Below are positions 1 to 12,090 of a stretch of DNA of 64,000 nucleotides, in pieces. Position 1 is the first letter of the stretch; each line of letters begins with the position of its first letter. The notes below the pieces were generated by a model, which saw only the letters and a program-made list of their open reading frames with translations, ran no database searches and was not told where the DNA came from. The translations under genes were made by a program, and so were the position numbers. This DNA is from Octopus vulgaris (taxonomy: Eukaryota): assembly GCA_951406725.2 (NCBI GenBank), contig OX597816.1:143778001-143842000 (forward strand), written 5' to 3'.

Positions 1-564
1 ACACACACACACACACACACGCACACATATAGGGTGAAAGAGAGGGGGAGGTCGGTAGCGTAGCAATGAAGATTTCCTCTTTTCCTCTTTGTTCAACGTA
101 TTTAATCTTAACGAAGTCAAGATTGAAGCTGGAGTATTTCGTTAACAATTCATCTCAAATACTTTTCTATTTCATCGTTTTTCTTCATTTCATCCCTCAC
201 TTTTTTTTTGTCCCACCCATCCTGCTAACTATCCGCCTCCTGCAGTGTACATTTCCTTCGAGGAACTCAACGGTAAACTAAGAATTTAGAAAATAAAATA
301 AACAAAAAATTTCATGAAAAAAAAGGAACGATAAAAACAATAACAACAGTGAATCCAAAACATTTTTTCACTCATTCTTGACCTACCACCTACTTATATT
401 AGCATAATTCCTTAGCAATCCCAGATCGAGCCAGCAAAAAGGGGCCCTGAACAGCTTTTCGATCTGTTAAAATAACAGTACAAAATCTTTTAAAAAATCA
501 TACCATAAATCTTCAATTAAGAAACACATTACACAAAATAATTTCTGATATACATTGGCTTCAA

Positions 565-1170
565 ATATTGGCACAAGGCCAGCAGTTTCGAGTGAGTGGG
601 CAAGTCGATTACATCGACCCCAGTGCTCAGCTGGCACTTATTTTATCGACCCCAAAATGATGAGAAGTAAATCGACCTCGGCGGAATTTGAACTCAGAAC
701 GTAAAGACAAAATACCGATAAGTATTTTACCCGGCATGCTAACGATTCTTATTTCTATTTCTTTACTACCCAAAAGGGGCTAAACATAGAGAGTACAAAC
801 AAGAACAGACAAACAGATTAAGTCGATTATATCGACCCCAATGCGTAACTGTTACTTATTTAATCGACTCCGAAAGGATGAAAGGCAAAGTTGACCTCGG
901 CAGAATTTGAACTCAGAACGTAGCGACAGACGAAATACCTATTTCTTTATTACCATCAAGGGGCTAAACATAGAGAGGACAAACAAGGACAGACAAACAG
1001 ATTAAGTCGATTACATCGACCCCAGTGCGTAACTGGTACTTAATTTATCGACCCCGAAAAGATGAAAGGCAAAGTCGACCTCGGCGGAATTCGAACTCAC
1101 AACGTAACGGCAGACCAAATACCGCTAAGCATTTCGCCCGGTGTGCTAACGATTCTGCCAGCTCGTGCCC
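565..1170 (-). mobile_element. tRNA-derived SINE family A, tandem cluster (a dimer 750-1170 plus an older copy 565-749)
   Basis: Minus strand reads GAGCTGGCAGAATCGTTAGC (A-box-like) and GAGTTCGAATTCC / GAGTTCAAATTC (B-box), then GTCGACTTTGCCTTTCATC...GGGGTCGAT; the same body recurs more than 12 times in the window. Confidence 0.85.
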
Positions 1171-1248
1171 TTCTTTCTGATATACATTAAAGGATAGACT
1201 GGTTACAGCTGAAATGCCATTTTCATTATTCAGTATATTACTTAAGGA

Positions 1249-1460
1249 AAGCGGCGAGCTGGCAGAACGTTAACACGCCGGGTGAAATGCATAGCAGTAT
1301 TTCGTCTGTCTTTACATTCTGAGTTCAAATTCCACCGAGGTCAGCTTTGTCTTTTATCCTTTCGGGGTCGAATAATTAAGTACCAGTTGCGTACTGGGTC
1401 GACGTAATCGACTGCCCACCCCCAAAAAAATTTCGGGCCTTGTGCCTAGCGTAGAAAAGA
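1249..1460 (+). mobile_element. SINE family A
   Basis: GCGGCGAGCTGGCAGAACGTTAAC head, TTCTGAGTTCAAATTCC B-box, tail AATTTCGGGCCTTGTGCCTAG. Confidence 0.85.
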
Positions 1461-1659
1461 GTATGTTACTAAAGACTGATCTTGGTCGAAACGTTGAACA
1501 ACTCCAATACTGAAATTTTAGAAGTAAAATGACTGATTAAATTAGAATTTCACTAGAATTTCATATGTTGTTGGTTCGAATAGACCGCTGGCGTTTCGTT
1601 GGGTTTCAGGACAAAATACTTCGCTCTCAGTTGCTTAAGTTCACCGCCTTGAAAATTTT

Positions 1660-1787
1660 TTAGTCAAATGAGTCGACCCCAGTACTTATATTTTAAGTCT
1701 GGTACATATTTTATCAGTACTTCTGCCGAACTGCAAGGTTATGGGGGCGTAAACACACCAACATCGGTTGTCAAACGCTGGTGGGGA

Positions 1788-1839
<52 letters not shown>

Positions 1840-1940
1840 CACATTGGATTTGGTCTGCCCGAGGCCATAGCAGAACACTTACCGAAGGTGCCACGCAGTG
1901 GAACTGATCTGGGAATCATGTGTTTGGAAAGCAAATTTCT
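1660..1940 (-). mobile_element. SINE family B (tRNA-like head, internal TA/TG microsatellite), internally deleted
   Basis: Reverse complement matches the copies at 6200, 18388 and 47997. Confidence 0.75.
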
Positions 1941-3149
1941 TACCATATAGCTATGCCTGAAATATTTGCTAGAGCAATTGGGAATGTTAGTCGCAAAAGA
2001 CTAGTGCCCTCTCCTTTAATTATCAAGGACTAATTAAAGTGTTTTGATGTTTCTTTTGAAGGATAGTTTGTTGCTGTTTCTAGCAAGTACAGCGACGAAG
2101 TAAAGGCTTCTTTGTGGGCCCTTGTAAATTTCTTGTTAGCTAGTTTTTACATAATTCCATTTAGATTAGAATTAGAGTCATCCTGGTTAATAGGGTTTCA
2201 GAGTGAAGAGGTTAATGGTTCCTATCTTGTTAACGACACTGTGTCGTGTCAATAATCAAGATACTAACTTCTCGAATGGTTCAGAGCACCTTAATAGAAA
2301 CAGATTTTATGAAGTTGGTACCACGCACAGTAGTAAATAGTCCTGCGTACTTAGCTAGTGTTTCATTAATTTGCTTTGAAAGATCCTAATTTTATTTATT
2401 TATTTATTTTTATTTTTTGGTCAATAAAATACTTTGCAAAATCTCTCCTCTCTCTTGAAACCAGCTTTTTTTCACTTTTATCTCAGTAGCCAGAGATAAA
2501 TGAACGAGTCTTGACGATGACGTTAACGTAAGTCTAAAATAACAGACAGTTGCTTCGTTTTGATCCCCTGGTTGCCGGTTTATTCGTGAAAGTCCAGTTC
2601 TCTAATGAGGCTTAAATATATATTTATTGCAAAGCATGACTTTTAAAATCAGCGAAATTTGAACTCCGAACACATATTGAGTCAAACATTTTTCTAGCGC
2701 TCTTCCGATTCAACCACAAGAAAGAGAACAAGAAGGAATAAAAAGAGAACAAGAAGGAAGAGAAAAGTAAAGAAAGAATAATATGCGGATAAATACAGAA
2801 TGTAGTCGCCTGTAATTGTCTGGTCGTTTGGCGGCATTACTTAACCAAAATCTTGGTAAAGAAGAATTCTCTCGATCTTGTTTTACAGTTCTCATGGTCT
2901 TTCCTTTGAGTATGCGTGGGTTGTCAGTAACAGCGAAATAAAGGAGGAATGAAAACTAAGAAATGAAACACAACAAAGCAAACACAACATCCTGTCTAAT
3001 CAGGGAAACATCCGGTACTTCGCAATAAAAAAAGGTTAGCGCAGAAGAAATAAAATAAAAAGAATATTAATGCAATACAAAAACATCCCTTAGCATGACA
3101 TCTTTCCAAGAATCTTTTTTTAACCTGCCCCCACCTCTCTCTCTCTCTC

Positions 3150-3237
<88 letters not shown>

Positions 3238-3715
3238 TGTGTGTGTATATTTATATGCGTATATAGATATGTTTGTGTGTGTATGTATGTATATGTGTGT
3301 GTATGTGTGTGTGTGTGTGTGTATCTTACACCCATATGCATAAATTGTATATCTGTGACCTCTTTTACTTTCATATCTACAAATTGTGTATCTTGTCTCT
3401 CTCTCTCTTTCCCTCTTCCTTCCTTCCCTCCTTCCTTCCTTCTTCTCTCCCCCCTCTCTCTCTCTTTCTCCCTATTTTTATCTGTATGTTTGCGTGTGCG
3501 TGTGCATAGCAGAGATACATACATGCATACGTACATACATGCAATATACACACACGCATACACATACACACACACACTTATGTGAGTGTGTGTGTGTGCA
3601 TGCTGTGTATGTGCGCATGCTAGTTTAAATCAAATCGCTAGATTAGCAGAATCAGTTGAACGCTAGGCGAAATGCTTTGCCTCCCTCTTAACCATCTGAA
3701 TTCGAACATATAAAT

Positions 3716-4440
3716 AGTTAGTAAAGTAGTATAACTATTTTGAGAGGAGAGAGAAACCTTACGATTCAGTCAGAATCCTTCAGATGTCATCGACAAATGC
3801 TTCTGCCCGAAACTTCTCTTCCTTCTACAAAATAATTCATTCTACTATGGAGATTTTTATAGTGATTTGTTGCCGACGCAGATCATCGCTAGTTTTCTCG
3901 GATTGAACTCATACGTAAACGGCGTTTCCTCCATTTTTCCATCCTCGACTTAACTCTATCCACCTTAAGATCCTACGAGCTTTGCGCCTTCTTTAGCCGG
4001 ACTTCATCACCTTCCACATCTTGCTTAATGCACCACATTCGTTCAAACGGGTCTATAATCTGCAAGACTTATTCGTCCGTAGCTCTCCCTCTTCTGCCTC
4101 TTCCACTTTACCCGGATCATCTCTTTGTTCCTGTCGCATTGCAACACTTGTTTGTTCCATATCAGCACTAGCTTCCTCACGAGAGCGAACTTCCACATCT
4201 TCCATATTTCCTTATTCCTGCTGCACCTCCACCGCTGTCATGTATTGCTTTAGCTGCTCTCCCTGCAATGCTTTTTATATCTGTCAAACCGGCTGCAGTG
4301 TTGCTGATCGATTCATAGAACATCTTCGTGACATTCGGCTTGTAAATTTAGCTTCGCTTAGCTGTTACCTTCCCTACACTGACACCTTCGATACACCGTC
4401 TATTTGATCCCTGAACTCCACGTTTCACAGAGAGCAGCAT
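3716..4440 (+). mobile_element. Decayed Penelope-like element 3' fragment (GIY-YIG) with a probable inverted pLTR piece upstream
   Basis: ORF 4021-4407 contains SFKRVYNLQDLFVRS and CTSTAVMYCFSCSPCNAFYICQTG..DRFIEHLRDI, a degenerate PLE linker plus GIY-YIG; 3716-3762 is repeated at 6086-6131. Confidence 0.7.
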
Positions 4441-5027
4441 TTGGTTTTTTTCGTCTCAAACCCACACTGTTTTCTGCTCAATTTACCACCCCAACTCCTC
4501 TAACACCTCTTCCAAAACACATCACATAACATACACATACACACCTGCATGCGTGAGTATCCAAAGAAAACTCACACATGCATCTTAATCCCCCCTTTAA
4601 CACTCCTCGGTTGCACACACCACTACACACGCCCGCTCACACACAGGTATGCACACACACACGTGCGTATATGTGTACGCAAAAATGTGTTCACCATAGC
4701 TTTGTGGTGTGTGTGATTATTTATATATGTTTTTTTCTAGTTTCAGCTCAGAGCTGCGGCCATGCTGATGCACCGCCGTATATATATATATATATACAAA
4801 ATAAGAAAATGGAGAAATACATCGAAATCAAATATCAATTACCAGATAATACTCAATCACATGCTTTATTAAACCACTACATAAAGAAACTATAAGGTTG
4901 AACATAATAATGCAGGGTAAAGCAGTGTACATGAAGGAGTGTACATAAAATAGTAATGTTATACAATAAGTAGAATACGTATAATAGAACATAAATATAA
5001 GTACATATAAATATAAATATAGACTAT

Positions 5028-5155
5028 ATCTTACAGCTGTTTCGGCCATGTAGATAAGCATGTCTCATTCAACTCATATTAGCCATTTATGGTAGGTCAA
5101 TATGTAGTTATAAATGAGACATTTACAAAAACATTCTAAGGCCTCTTCGGAGATT
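5028..5155 (-). ncRNA. Type I hammerhead ribozyme motif with a 92-nt stem II insertion (core variant CCGAAGA)
   Basis: Minus strand: AUCU-CCGAAGA-GGCC-[92 nt]-GGCC-GAAAC-AGCU-GUA-AGAU; palindromic stem III ACAGCUGU. Confidence 0.75.
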
Positions 5156-5589
5156 ACAAATTAGATTACATATATACTTATAAAGGTGTGGGTATATACC
5201 CATAATAAAACATACATATACATATGAGTGCATATACTCATACTCATATACATATAAATATAAATATACATAATGATATAAATAATAAAAATTAATAAAC
5301 ATACATATGCTCCACATTCAACGTTACAGTTTTTCAACTTAATGTTGTGATAATTACAACGTAGAAGAAAAAACATACACATATTATTATCTAAATGCAG
5401 ATATAGAGAGTCAAGGTTACTTTCTATTAGTTCCTATTAATTTACAAAATGGCATTAATGCTAGCATCATTATCATTGTCGTTACTACTAATGCTACCAC
5501 TATCATCATTCATATTATTATCAATAACGCTTATACTAGAAATACAATACATAAATTCATTATTAACGATATAGTCACATAATATTATT

Positions 5590-5646
<57 letters not shown>

Positions 5647-5923
5647 TTAGATAATAAGGGTGAAAAATTGAATATTAATTTGATTAATATCAATTTAAAA
5701 CCAGTGGCCTAGCATATTGAAAAATCTGAAGATTCAGAGAAATTATATCATATAAGAAGGATGACCACTAAGAAAAGATTGTTCTCAAGAAAATTCAGCA
5801 AACGCCAGAACGTAAGCGAGCAAGACAAATGAAAAGATACAAAATATAAAGATTAATCACAAACCGGGTTTCATTGTTACCATTGTATAGTATATATACT
5901 ATATTTTGCTATGACGATGAATT

Positions 5924-5983
5924 GCGGACTGATGAATGCGGACGTTTACGTAAAAATCACGTAAGTGGTAACAATGAAACTAG

Positions 5984-5986
<3 letters not shown>
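5924..5986 (+). ncRNA. Degenerate hammerhead motif, truncated by (TA)n
   Basis: CUGAUGA at 5929, GAAAC-UAG-GUC at 5976-5986; an inverted copy of its 3' half lies at 5862-5883. Confidence 0.45.
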
Positions 5987-6077
<91 letters not shown>

Positions 6078-6154
6078 GAGCAGGAGTTAGTAAAGTAGTA
6101 TAACTATTTTGAGAGGAGAGAGAAACCTTTCCTATCACATAGCCACTCCTGCTC

Positions 6155-6199
<45 letters not shown>

Positions 6200-6203
<4 letters not shown>

Positions 6204-6364
6204 AGCAGGAGTGGATATGTGATAGGAAAGCTTGCTTACCAACCACATGGTTCCGGGTTCAGTCCCACTGCGTGACACATTGACAAAGTGTCTTCTACTA
6301 TAGCCTCGGACCGACCAAAGCCTTGTGAGTAAATTTGATAGACGGAAACTGAAAGAAGCCCGTC

Positions 6365-6438
<74 letters not shown>

Positions 6439-6630
6439 CTGTGTTTGTCCCCTCAATATCGCTTGACAACCGATGCAGGTATGTTTACGTCCTCGTACCT
6501 TAGCGATTCGGCAAAAGAGACCGATAAAATAAGTACTAGGCTTACAAAAAATAAGTCCTGGGGTCGATTTGCTCGACTAAAGGCAGTTCTCCAGTATGGC
6601 CGTAGTCAAATGACTGAAACAAATAAAAGA
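6200..6630 (+). mobile_element. SINE family B, full length
   Basis: GGTTCCGGGTTCAGTCCC B-box-like, GACGGAAACTGAAAGAAGCCCGTCG, internal (TA)n(TG)n, tail CAAATGACTGAAACAAATAAAAGA. Confidence 0.85.
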
Positions 6631-8124
6631 ATATACATATATATATAATAGCTATGCACGAATACACTCAAGCAGTATATATACTCAAACATAGAAGTTC
6701 ATGCATACATGAAACACTTGTATTTTCAATCTCTCACAGAAACATTCACAAATACACTAAGGCGTATATAGATGCACCTATCTTCTCACATTTGTTTTCC
6801 TTTTTGCTCATTATTTAACTTTTAGTGAGCCAATGATCATTTTTTAGACCATTCCGTTTTCGTCTGAAGTGTTTCTTATATATGTTCAGCTTTTTACCCC
6901 ATCTTTTCTATTCGTTTTCACCCTATACTCTATTCAGAAGAAAGCCACTATCCGAAGCGTCATAACAATTACTTCTTATAATTTCTCTAGGCGTCAACCT
7001 AATAATTTTAATCACTTATCCTGTCTTTTCTTTTTGCTTTTGTTTTTCACTTTTTTATGTACACATTCACGCACACCCACACACACAAACACACATTCAC
7101 GAACGACTTTTTAGAAGCTTACAATTAAAAGTGCTTGCATACTGTTATTTATAGCATTTATGTCGACGTACAAATATCCAGTAGTTCTACAAACTGGGTG
7201 ACCTATTCATTGAAAACTCTATCCACATATCTATGGAAATTCACAGACACGCGGCAGTGCAAACTCCTAAATACGCTATATACACACATAGAAAAAATCC
7301 TGGTGTATATTGAAACTATAAGTACATACCTAGTCTAACATAACTACCAGGAATATGCTTTATACAATGTAGACAAAGAACAGTCCGCTCAATTGGTTTA
7401 TATAATGTTTCAATCTACATAATTCCACTAACAACTTCTGTGTTAACCTTAGGCTATAGTAAAATATTTGTTTAAAATTCCATGTAGTGGGATCAACCCA
7501 AAACGCCTAATGGTTGCGAAGCAAACTTCTTAACCACACAATCATGCTTGTGCCCACACACACATGTATGTAAGTATGTATGTGCGTGTATGTGTGCGTC
7601 TACAAGCATATAAGACTCTGTTCCTCTCCTTATTCTTCTATTTTTCTTTCCCCATCTCCATTCGACATTCTGTTTGCCTACAAACTAAGTCCTCATCCTT
7701 CACATTTCTTAATTAAATTATATACAACTAAAGGAAGCCATTCATGAAAGACAAGTACTATCCGGTCACGCTTATTTTGCCTTATAATACTCTTTTTTTA
7801 GGTGACTGATTCAAATTTGGCCTGCAAGTAACTGAGTGCAAGATGTACGTAAGTGTTTAGAACATCTGATGGCATCGATCAAAATAATTGACCCTTCAGA
7901 AGAGGGACCAGTTAAAGACGTCTCGAAAGAATAAAAGCATAAAAGAAAAAAGAAGCAAACAAATACCAAAATAAAAAGTCAAAAGAATCTGTTTAACTTA
8001 GTATATGATATTTAGGAGATTAAAAGGCTTAATATTTTATATACAAATATACTGGGTGAAATCTTGAGGTACACTGAAAATATATATAAATTAAGTTTAT
8101 ATCCAAGATACCTAGCATACTCAC

Positions 8125-8342
8125 CCTGCTCCTGCAGCGTCGTTTGCGCTGGCTCGGTCATGTACATCGCATGCCGGACGGAGGGATCCCAAAATACCTC
8201 CTATATGGGGAATTGGCCACCGGCACAAGAGCACGAGGACGAAGTCATCTTCGTTTGAAGTCGTCTGTAAGAGGGATATGAAATCGCTTGATCTGCACGT
8301 CCTGAGATGGGAGGAAGTTGCAAATGATCGCTCACACTGGAG

Positions 8343-8346
<4 letters not shown>
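8125..8346 (+). mobile_element. RTE-clade LINE 3' fragment
   Basis: Translates (one frameshift) to [32 protein letters not shown]...[22 protein letters not shown], the typical RTE ORF C-terminus. Confidence 0.8.
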
Positions 8347-8425
<79 letters not shown>

Positions 8426-9189
8426 TGTATGTATGTATGCATGTATGTATGTATGTATGTATGTATGTATGTATGTATGTATTATGTATGTATGCATGTA
8501 TGTATGTATGTATTTATGTATGTATGTATGTATGTACACACACACATGAATAGAACTTTTTTGTAGTGTACAAAAGTATACAAAGGTTAGGCAAAAAAAT
8601 GAAGGAATTGTTCCTTAGAATATTGATATACTGTTTCAGATAGAAATAAAATAAAGTCAAATACTTACGTTATTTTTCGTCTAATGTTCGAGGATGCTTG
8701 TGCTTCTACTGCAGAGGCAGTATAGTCATATACTTATAAATATTATAAATTTAAATCGGAACAAGTTATTACTGCGAAAAATAATTTTACTTGTTCTTCA
8801 AAAAATCTGTATACTTTTTTATTATATATTTTCAATTAAAGTCAAGCTTCAGTCTTTATTACCTTTGAAATAAAACAAGAGGGAAAACACAGTAAAAAAT
8901 ATCCCTTATATATCTCTTTTCCAACTGTCATATGACATATTCAATAGAATAAAACGTTTTTTTTTTCTGATTTTCTCGTTCAACTGTCTCATAAGCTTGA
9001 CGCATGAACGTTGTCCACCAATCTGCACGTTAGCGGATAGCATTCTGAGCATCGATCTTTCTTTAAAAATAGACAATTATTACAATGGTCTGAAAAGACA
9101 TGCTTTGCGTACCAGCACTATACACTTTTGACAATCTAATGTGAAACCAATCAAGTGTATGCTTCTTAAAATATTTAATAATAATTCTA

Positions 9190-9935
9190 ATTAGTTAGTT
9201 AGTTAGTTAGTTAGTTAATTTGGCTCAAAAGCAAATAGCAAATAGCAAGGCCATGTAGGGGGACATGGAGTTAAGTACAGGGTGGTGTTCATGTAAAGAG
9301 TTCAGGCCACTTGAGGTCCAGGGAGGCTTTGAACAAAGCGGTCGTCGGCATCTTCACCATCTCGTCTGGCAGCTTGTTCCACGGATCCGCAACCCGGACG
9401 GAGAAAGCTCCTCTCCTTCGATTGAGATGAAATCGTCGCAGGTAGAGCTTTTCGGAATGACCCCGCAGCCGACGCTCCGGAGCAGGAGTGAAGAACAGCT
9501 CTTTCGAGAGGTTACACTTCCCGCTTATGATGTTGTGGGCGAGGATGAGATCACCACGGCGGCGGCGTTTTTCAAGAGAATAAAGGTCGAGCGTCCTCAG
9601 CCTTTCTTCGTAGGACAAATTTTTGAGACCATGAACCAGGCGGGTAGCCAGCCTCTGGACTCTTTCGAAGTGCTGTATGTCTTTGAGGAGATAAGGAGAA
9701 GAGGCTTGAATCCCATACTCCAATATGGGTCTCACCAGCGTGACATAGAGTGGCAGGAATATGGCTGCTGTGAGCATTCCGAATGACCGTCGAATCAAAA
9801 ACAGAATTCCGCGCGCTTTGTTGGCAGCATGGACGCACTGGGCCGAAGGCGAAAAGGAGGAATCCACCAAGATACCCAGGTCCTTTACCTGATCGGTCCT
9901 CTCCAGCAGCAGACGACCCGGCTCGAAATCAAGTA
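9190..9935 (-). mobile_element. 5'-truncated CR1-clade LINE (C-terminal ORF2, open frame, (TAAC)n tail)
   Basis: ORF 9289-10008 contains VKDLGILVD, LYVTLVRPILEY, ERVQRLATRLV..LSYEERL, RRRRGDLI, RLRGH, FSVRVADPWNKLP; microsatellite tail at 9190-9217. Confidence 0.9.
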
Positions 9936-10275
9936 TTCTCATTGCATTTTCAACACAGACACACACACATACACACACACGCACACACACATACACACGC
10001 ACACGCACGTATCTGGCCGCTAATTTGAATAATATATTGTAGTATGTTTATAGTCAGTGTTTGTGGACAGGTGAACAGGTGCTCACGAAACTCTAAGCTG
10101 AGTTGAAATGTGCGGCATATACAACTTTTTTAAAATCTTATTCTGCTTGCGATAATATTGTGTATATAGATGTAATGTTTATATTAATTTTAATACAAAG
10201 TGTTTGCTAAAAATTCATAGTTATGTTCTATACTCCAGTAAAACAATGAAACGAAACGCTATTAACATACCAATA

Positions 10276-10351
<76 letters not shown>

Positions 10352-10383
10352 TTACATATAAGACCAAAAGGGTACGGGCGTCG

Positions 10384-10427
<44 letters not shown>

Positions 10428-10524
10428 AAAAAAATACAAACTGGGACAAGAACGCAAAACATTTAGAAGACCATACAAAAAACACGGACGGGACATTCGA
10501 AGCCTTCAATCTTCAGTCAAGAAC

Positions 10525-10556
<32 letters not shown>

Positions 10557-10610
10557 CGTTTAAATATTTGTTGTGCAAGATTTTTTATGTGAAGTCGTGT
10601 GTTGAAACAG

Positions 10611-11002
10611 ATATTGTTATATTTCGGAATGGTCATATTGCCAGTTTAGCCAATAAAAACAGACGCACTATATATTTGGTGTTATTTTGCTTCAGTGATA
10701 TTTATTTTTTACATTAATCTTAATCTTATTTCGGCCAAAGTTCTTTCGTCACACTCCTGTGACCGCATCAGTGGTCCTTTGTTTTCTTCTCACTTACTTG
10801 TGTCTCTCCTTACAAGTAAGTGAGAAGAAAACAAAGGACCACTGATGCGGTCACAGGAGTGTGACGAAAGAACTTTGGCCGAACTAAGATTAAGATTAAT
10901 GTAAAAAATAAATATCACTGAAGCAAAATAACACCAAATATATAGTGCGTGTGTTTTTATTGGCTAAACTGGCAATATGACCATTCCGAAATATAACAAT
11001 AT
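10611..11002. repeat. Near-perfect ~190-bp inverted repeat with a 10-nt loop (probable inverted PLE pLTR pair)
   Basis: Arms 10611-10801 and 10812-11002 are reverse complements with only a few mismatches. Confidence 0.9.
10836..10880 (+). ncRNA. Minimal hammerhead-like motif (mirror copy on minus strand at 10733-10777)
   Basis: CCA-CUGAUGC-G-GUCAC-AGGAGU-GUGAC-GAAAG-AA-CUU-UGG; core position 9 is C rather than A. Confidence 0.6.
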
Positions 11003-11016
11003 ATATATATATATAT

Positions 11017-11074
<58 letters not shown>

Positions 11075-11129
11075 GTTTCTGTCTATATGTGTATAGATAT
11101 ATATGCGTATAGATATATGTATATATGTA

Positions 11130-11332
11130 TGTCATACAGTTTTATTTCAAGATTTCCTGCCAATAGAGAAAGAGCCGGTTTCTAATCTAGATCCAAGACT
11201 CCTTCATTGGAACTTCAAAATCAACAACAGGCTATTTTTGTTTGTATTTATGTATGTATGTATGTATGTATGTATGTATGTATGTATGTATGTATGTATG
11301 TATGTATGTATGTATGTATGGATGGATGTATA
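11130..11332 (-). mobile_element. 3' UTR fragment of the RLE-type LINE at 56950-57420
   Basis: Reverse complement matches 57280-57415 (TTCCAATGAAGGAG..GGATCTAG.TTAGAAACC..GAAATCTTGAAATAAAACTG). Confidence 0.7.
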
Positions 11333-11420
11333 GTTCACATTCATAGAAAACATAGACGGAGACAGTTGCAGGAACAACAAGCAAGTGTAATAGTTTGACG
11401 CTCGGGAAAAATGGAAAAGT

Positions 11421-11456
11421 CTTTTACGTTTCGAGCCTACACTCTTCGACAGAAAG
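11421..11456 (-). ncRNA. Minimal hammerhead motif (36 nt, core variant CUGUCGA)
   Basis: Minus strand: CUUU-CUGUCGA-A-GAGU-GUAG-GCUC-GAAAC-GUA-AAAG. Confidence 0.6.
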
Positions 11457-11585
11457 GAATAAGAGGAAATAAATAGAGAGAGAGAATGAAAAAAAAAACA
11501 TGTTGAATTCAGTGGTCCAACATGGCGAATATATATGTATGTACGTATGTATGTATGCATACATGCATGTATATATGTATGTATG

Positions 11586-11619
<34 letters not shown>

Positions 11620-11654
11620 TGTATGTATGTATGTATGTATGTTTGTGTGTATAT

Positions 11655-12090
11655 GTCAGGTCATTTTTGAGTGCTACTGGTAACATGTAACCCAGTACAA
11701 CTTGTTACATGGTCGGGTCGTCGGCGACTAAACCGGCAACCCCACCAAGCTTGCTTGGTGAGGAGGGTGTTTATTGGGCACCCTGCGGGATGAAAACAAA
11801 ACCCGTGAAAAGGAGGAGGAACTCTTAAGAGTTAACGGCCATCCAATAAATGTCTTAAGGCTGTATCGTGTGCGGGGACATAGACATAATCGGACTGAAT
11901 ACCCGATCGCGCGATTAAACCATTGGGAGTGAAGGACTCCTAGCCTTTGTTAGGGCATCCTTCTAGGAGATGGTAACTCAGGTAACTGGGATAACTCCGA
12001 CATAAAACCTGCGGCTCAGTGGTTACCGATGATGTTGACTTGTTCTTCTTTTCGGATTATGGCTGGTGTTGCTTAGTGAGTGGGATTGTA
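11655..12090 (+). mobile_element. Non-autonomous element resembling an RTE-clade 5' UTR (SINE-like), embedded in (TATG)n
   Basis: GC-richer, hairpin-rich island; TTAGGGCATCCTTCTAGGAGATGGTAACTC and GGCGACTAAAC resemble motifs I recall from RTE 5' UTR-derived elements; no ORF. Confidence 0.5.

Noticed and set aside
565-1170. Regularly spaced repeats resembling a CRISPR array
   Set aside because: Whole ~190-bp units are homologous SINE bodies; no unique spacers, no cas genes, eukaryotic context.
2710-2895. 61-aa minus-strand ORF in unique sequence
   Set aside because: No recognisable domain and no convincing splice acceptor.
3095-3628. Many ORF-track calls rich in YI, HT, CV or MYVC repeats, here and throughout
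   Set aside because: They are translations of (TA)n, (CA)n and (TATG)n microsatellites with no coding signal.
3748-3790. Hammerhead-like CUGAAG-GAUUC/GAAUC-GUAA on the minus strand
   Set aside because: Core and stem I are too eroded to call, although the position next to a PLE fragment is suggestive.
8665-8735. Minus-strand GTAAGT donor with a short open frame
   Set aside because: Weak acceptor and an upstream in-frame stop; not distinguishable from chance.
9265-9786. 173-aa plus-strand ORF
   Set aside because: Antisense shadow of the CR1 ORF2 fragment.
10485-10525. CUGAAGA...GAAUGUC on the minus strand
   Set aside because: No proper GAAA or stem III; not counted as a hammerhead.
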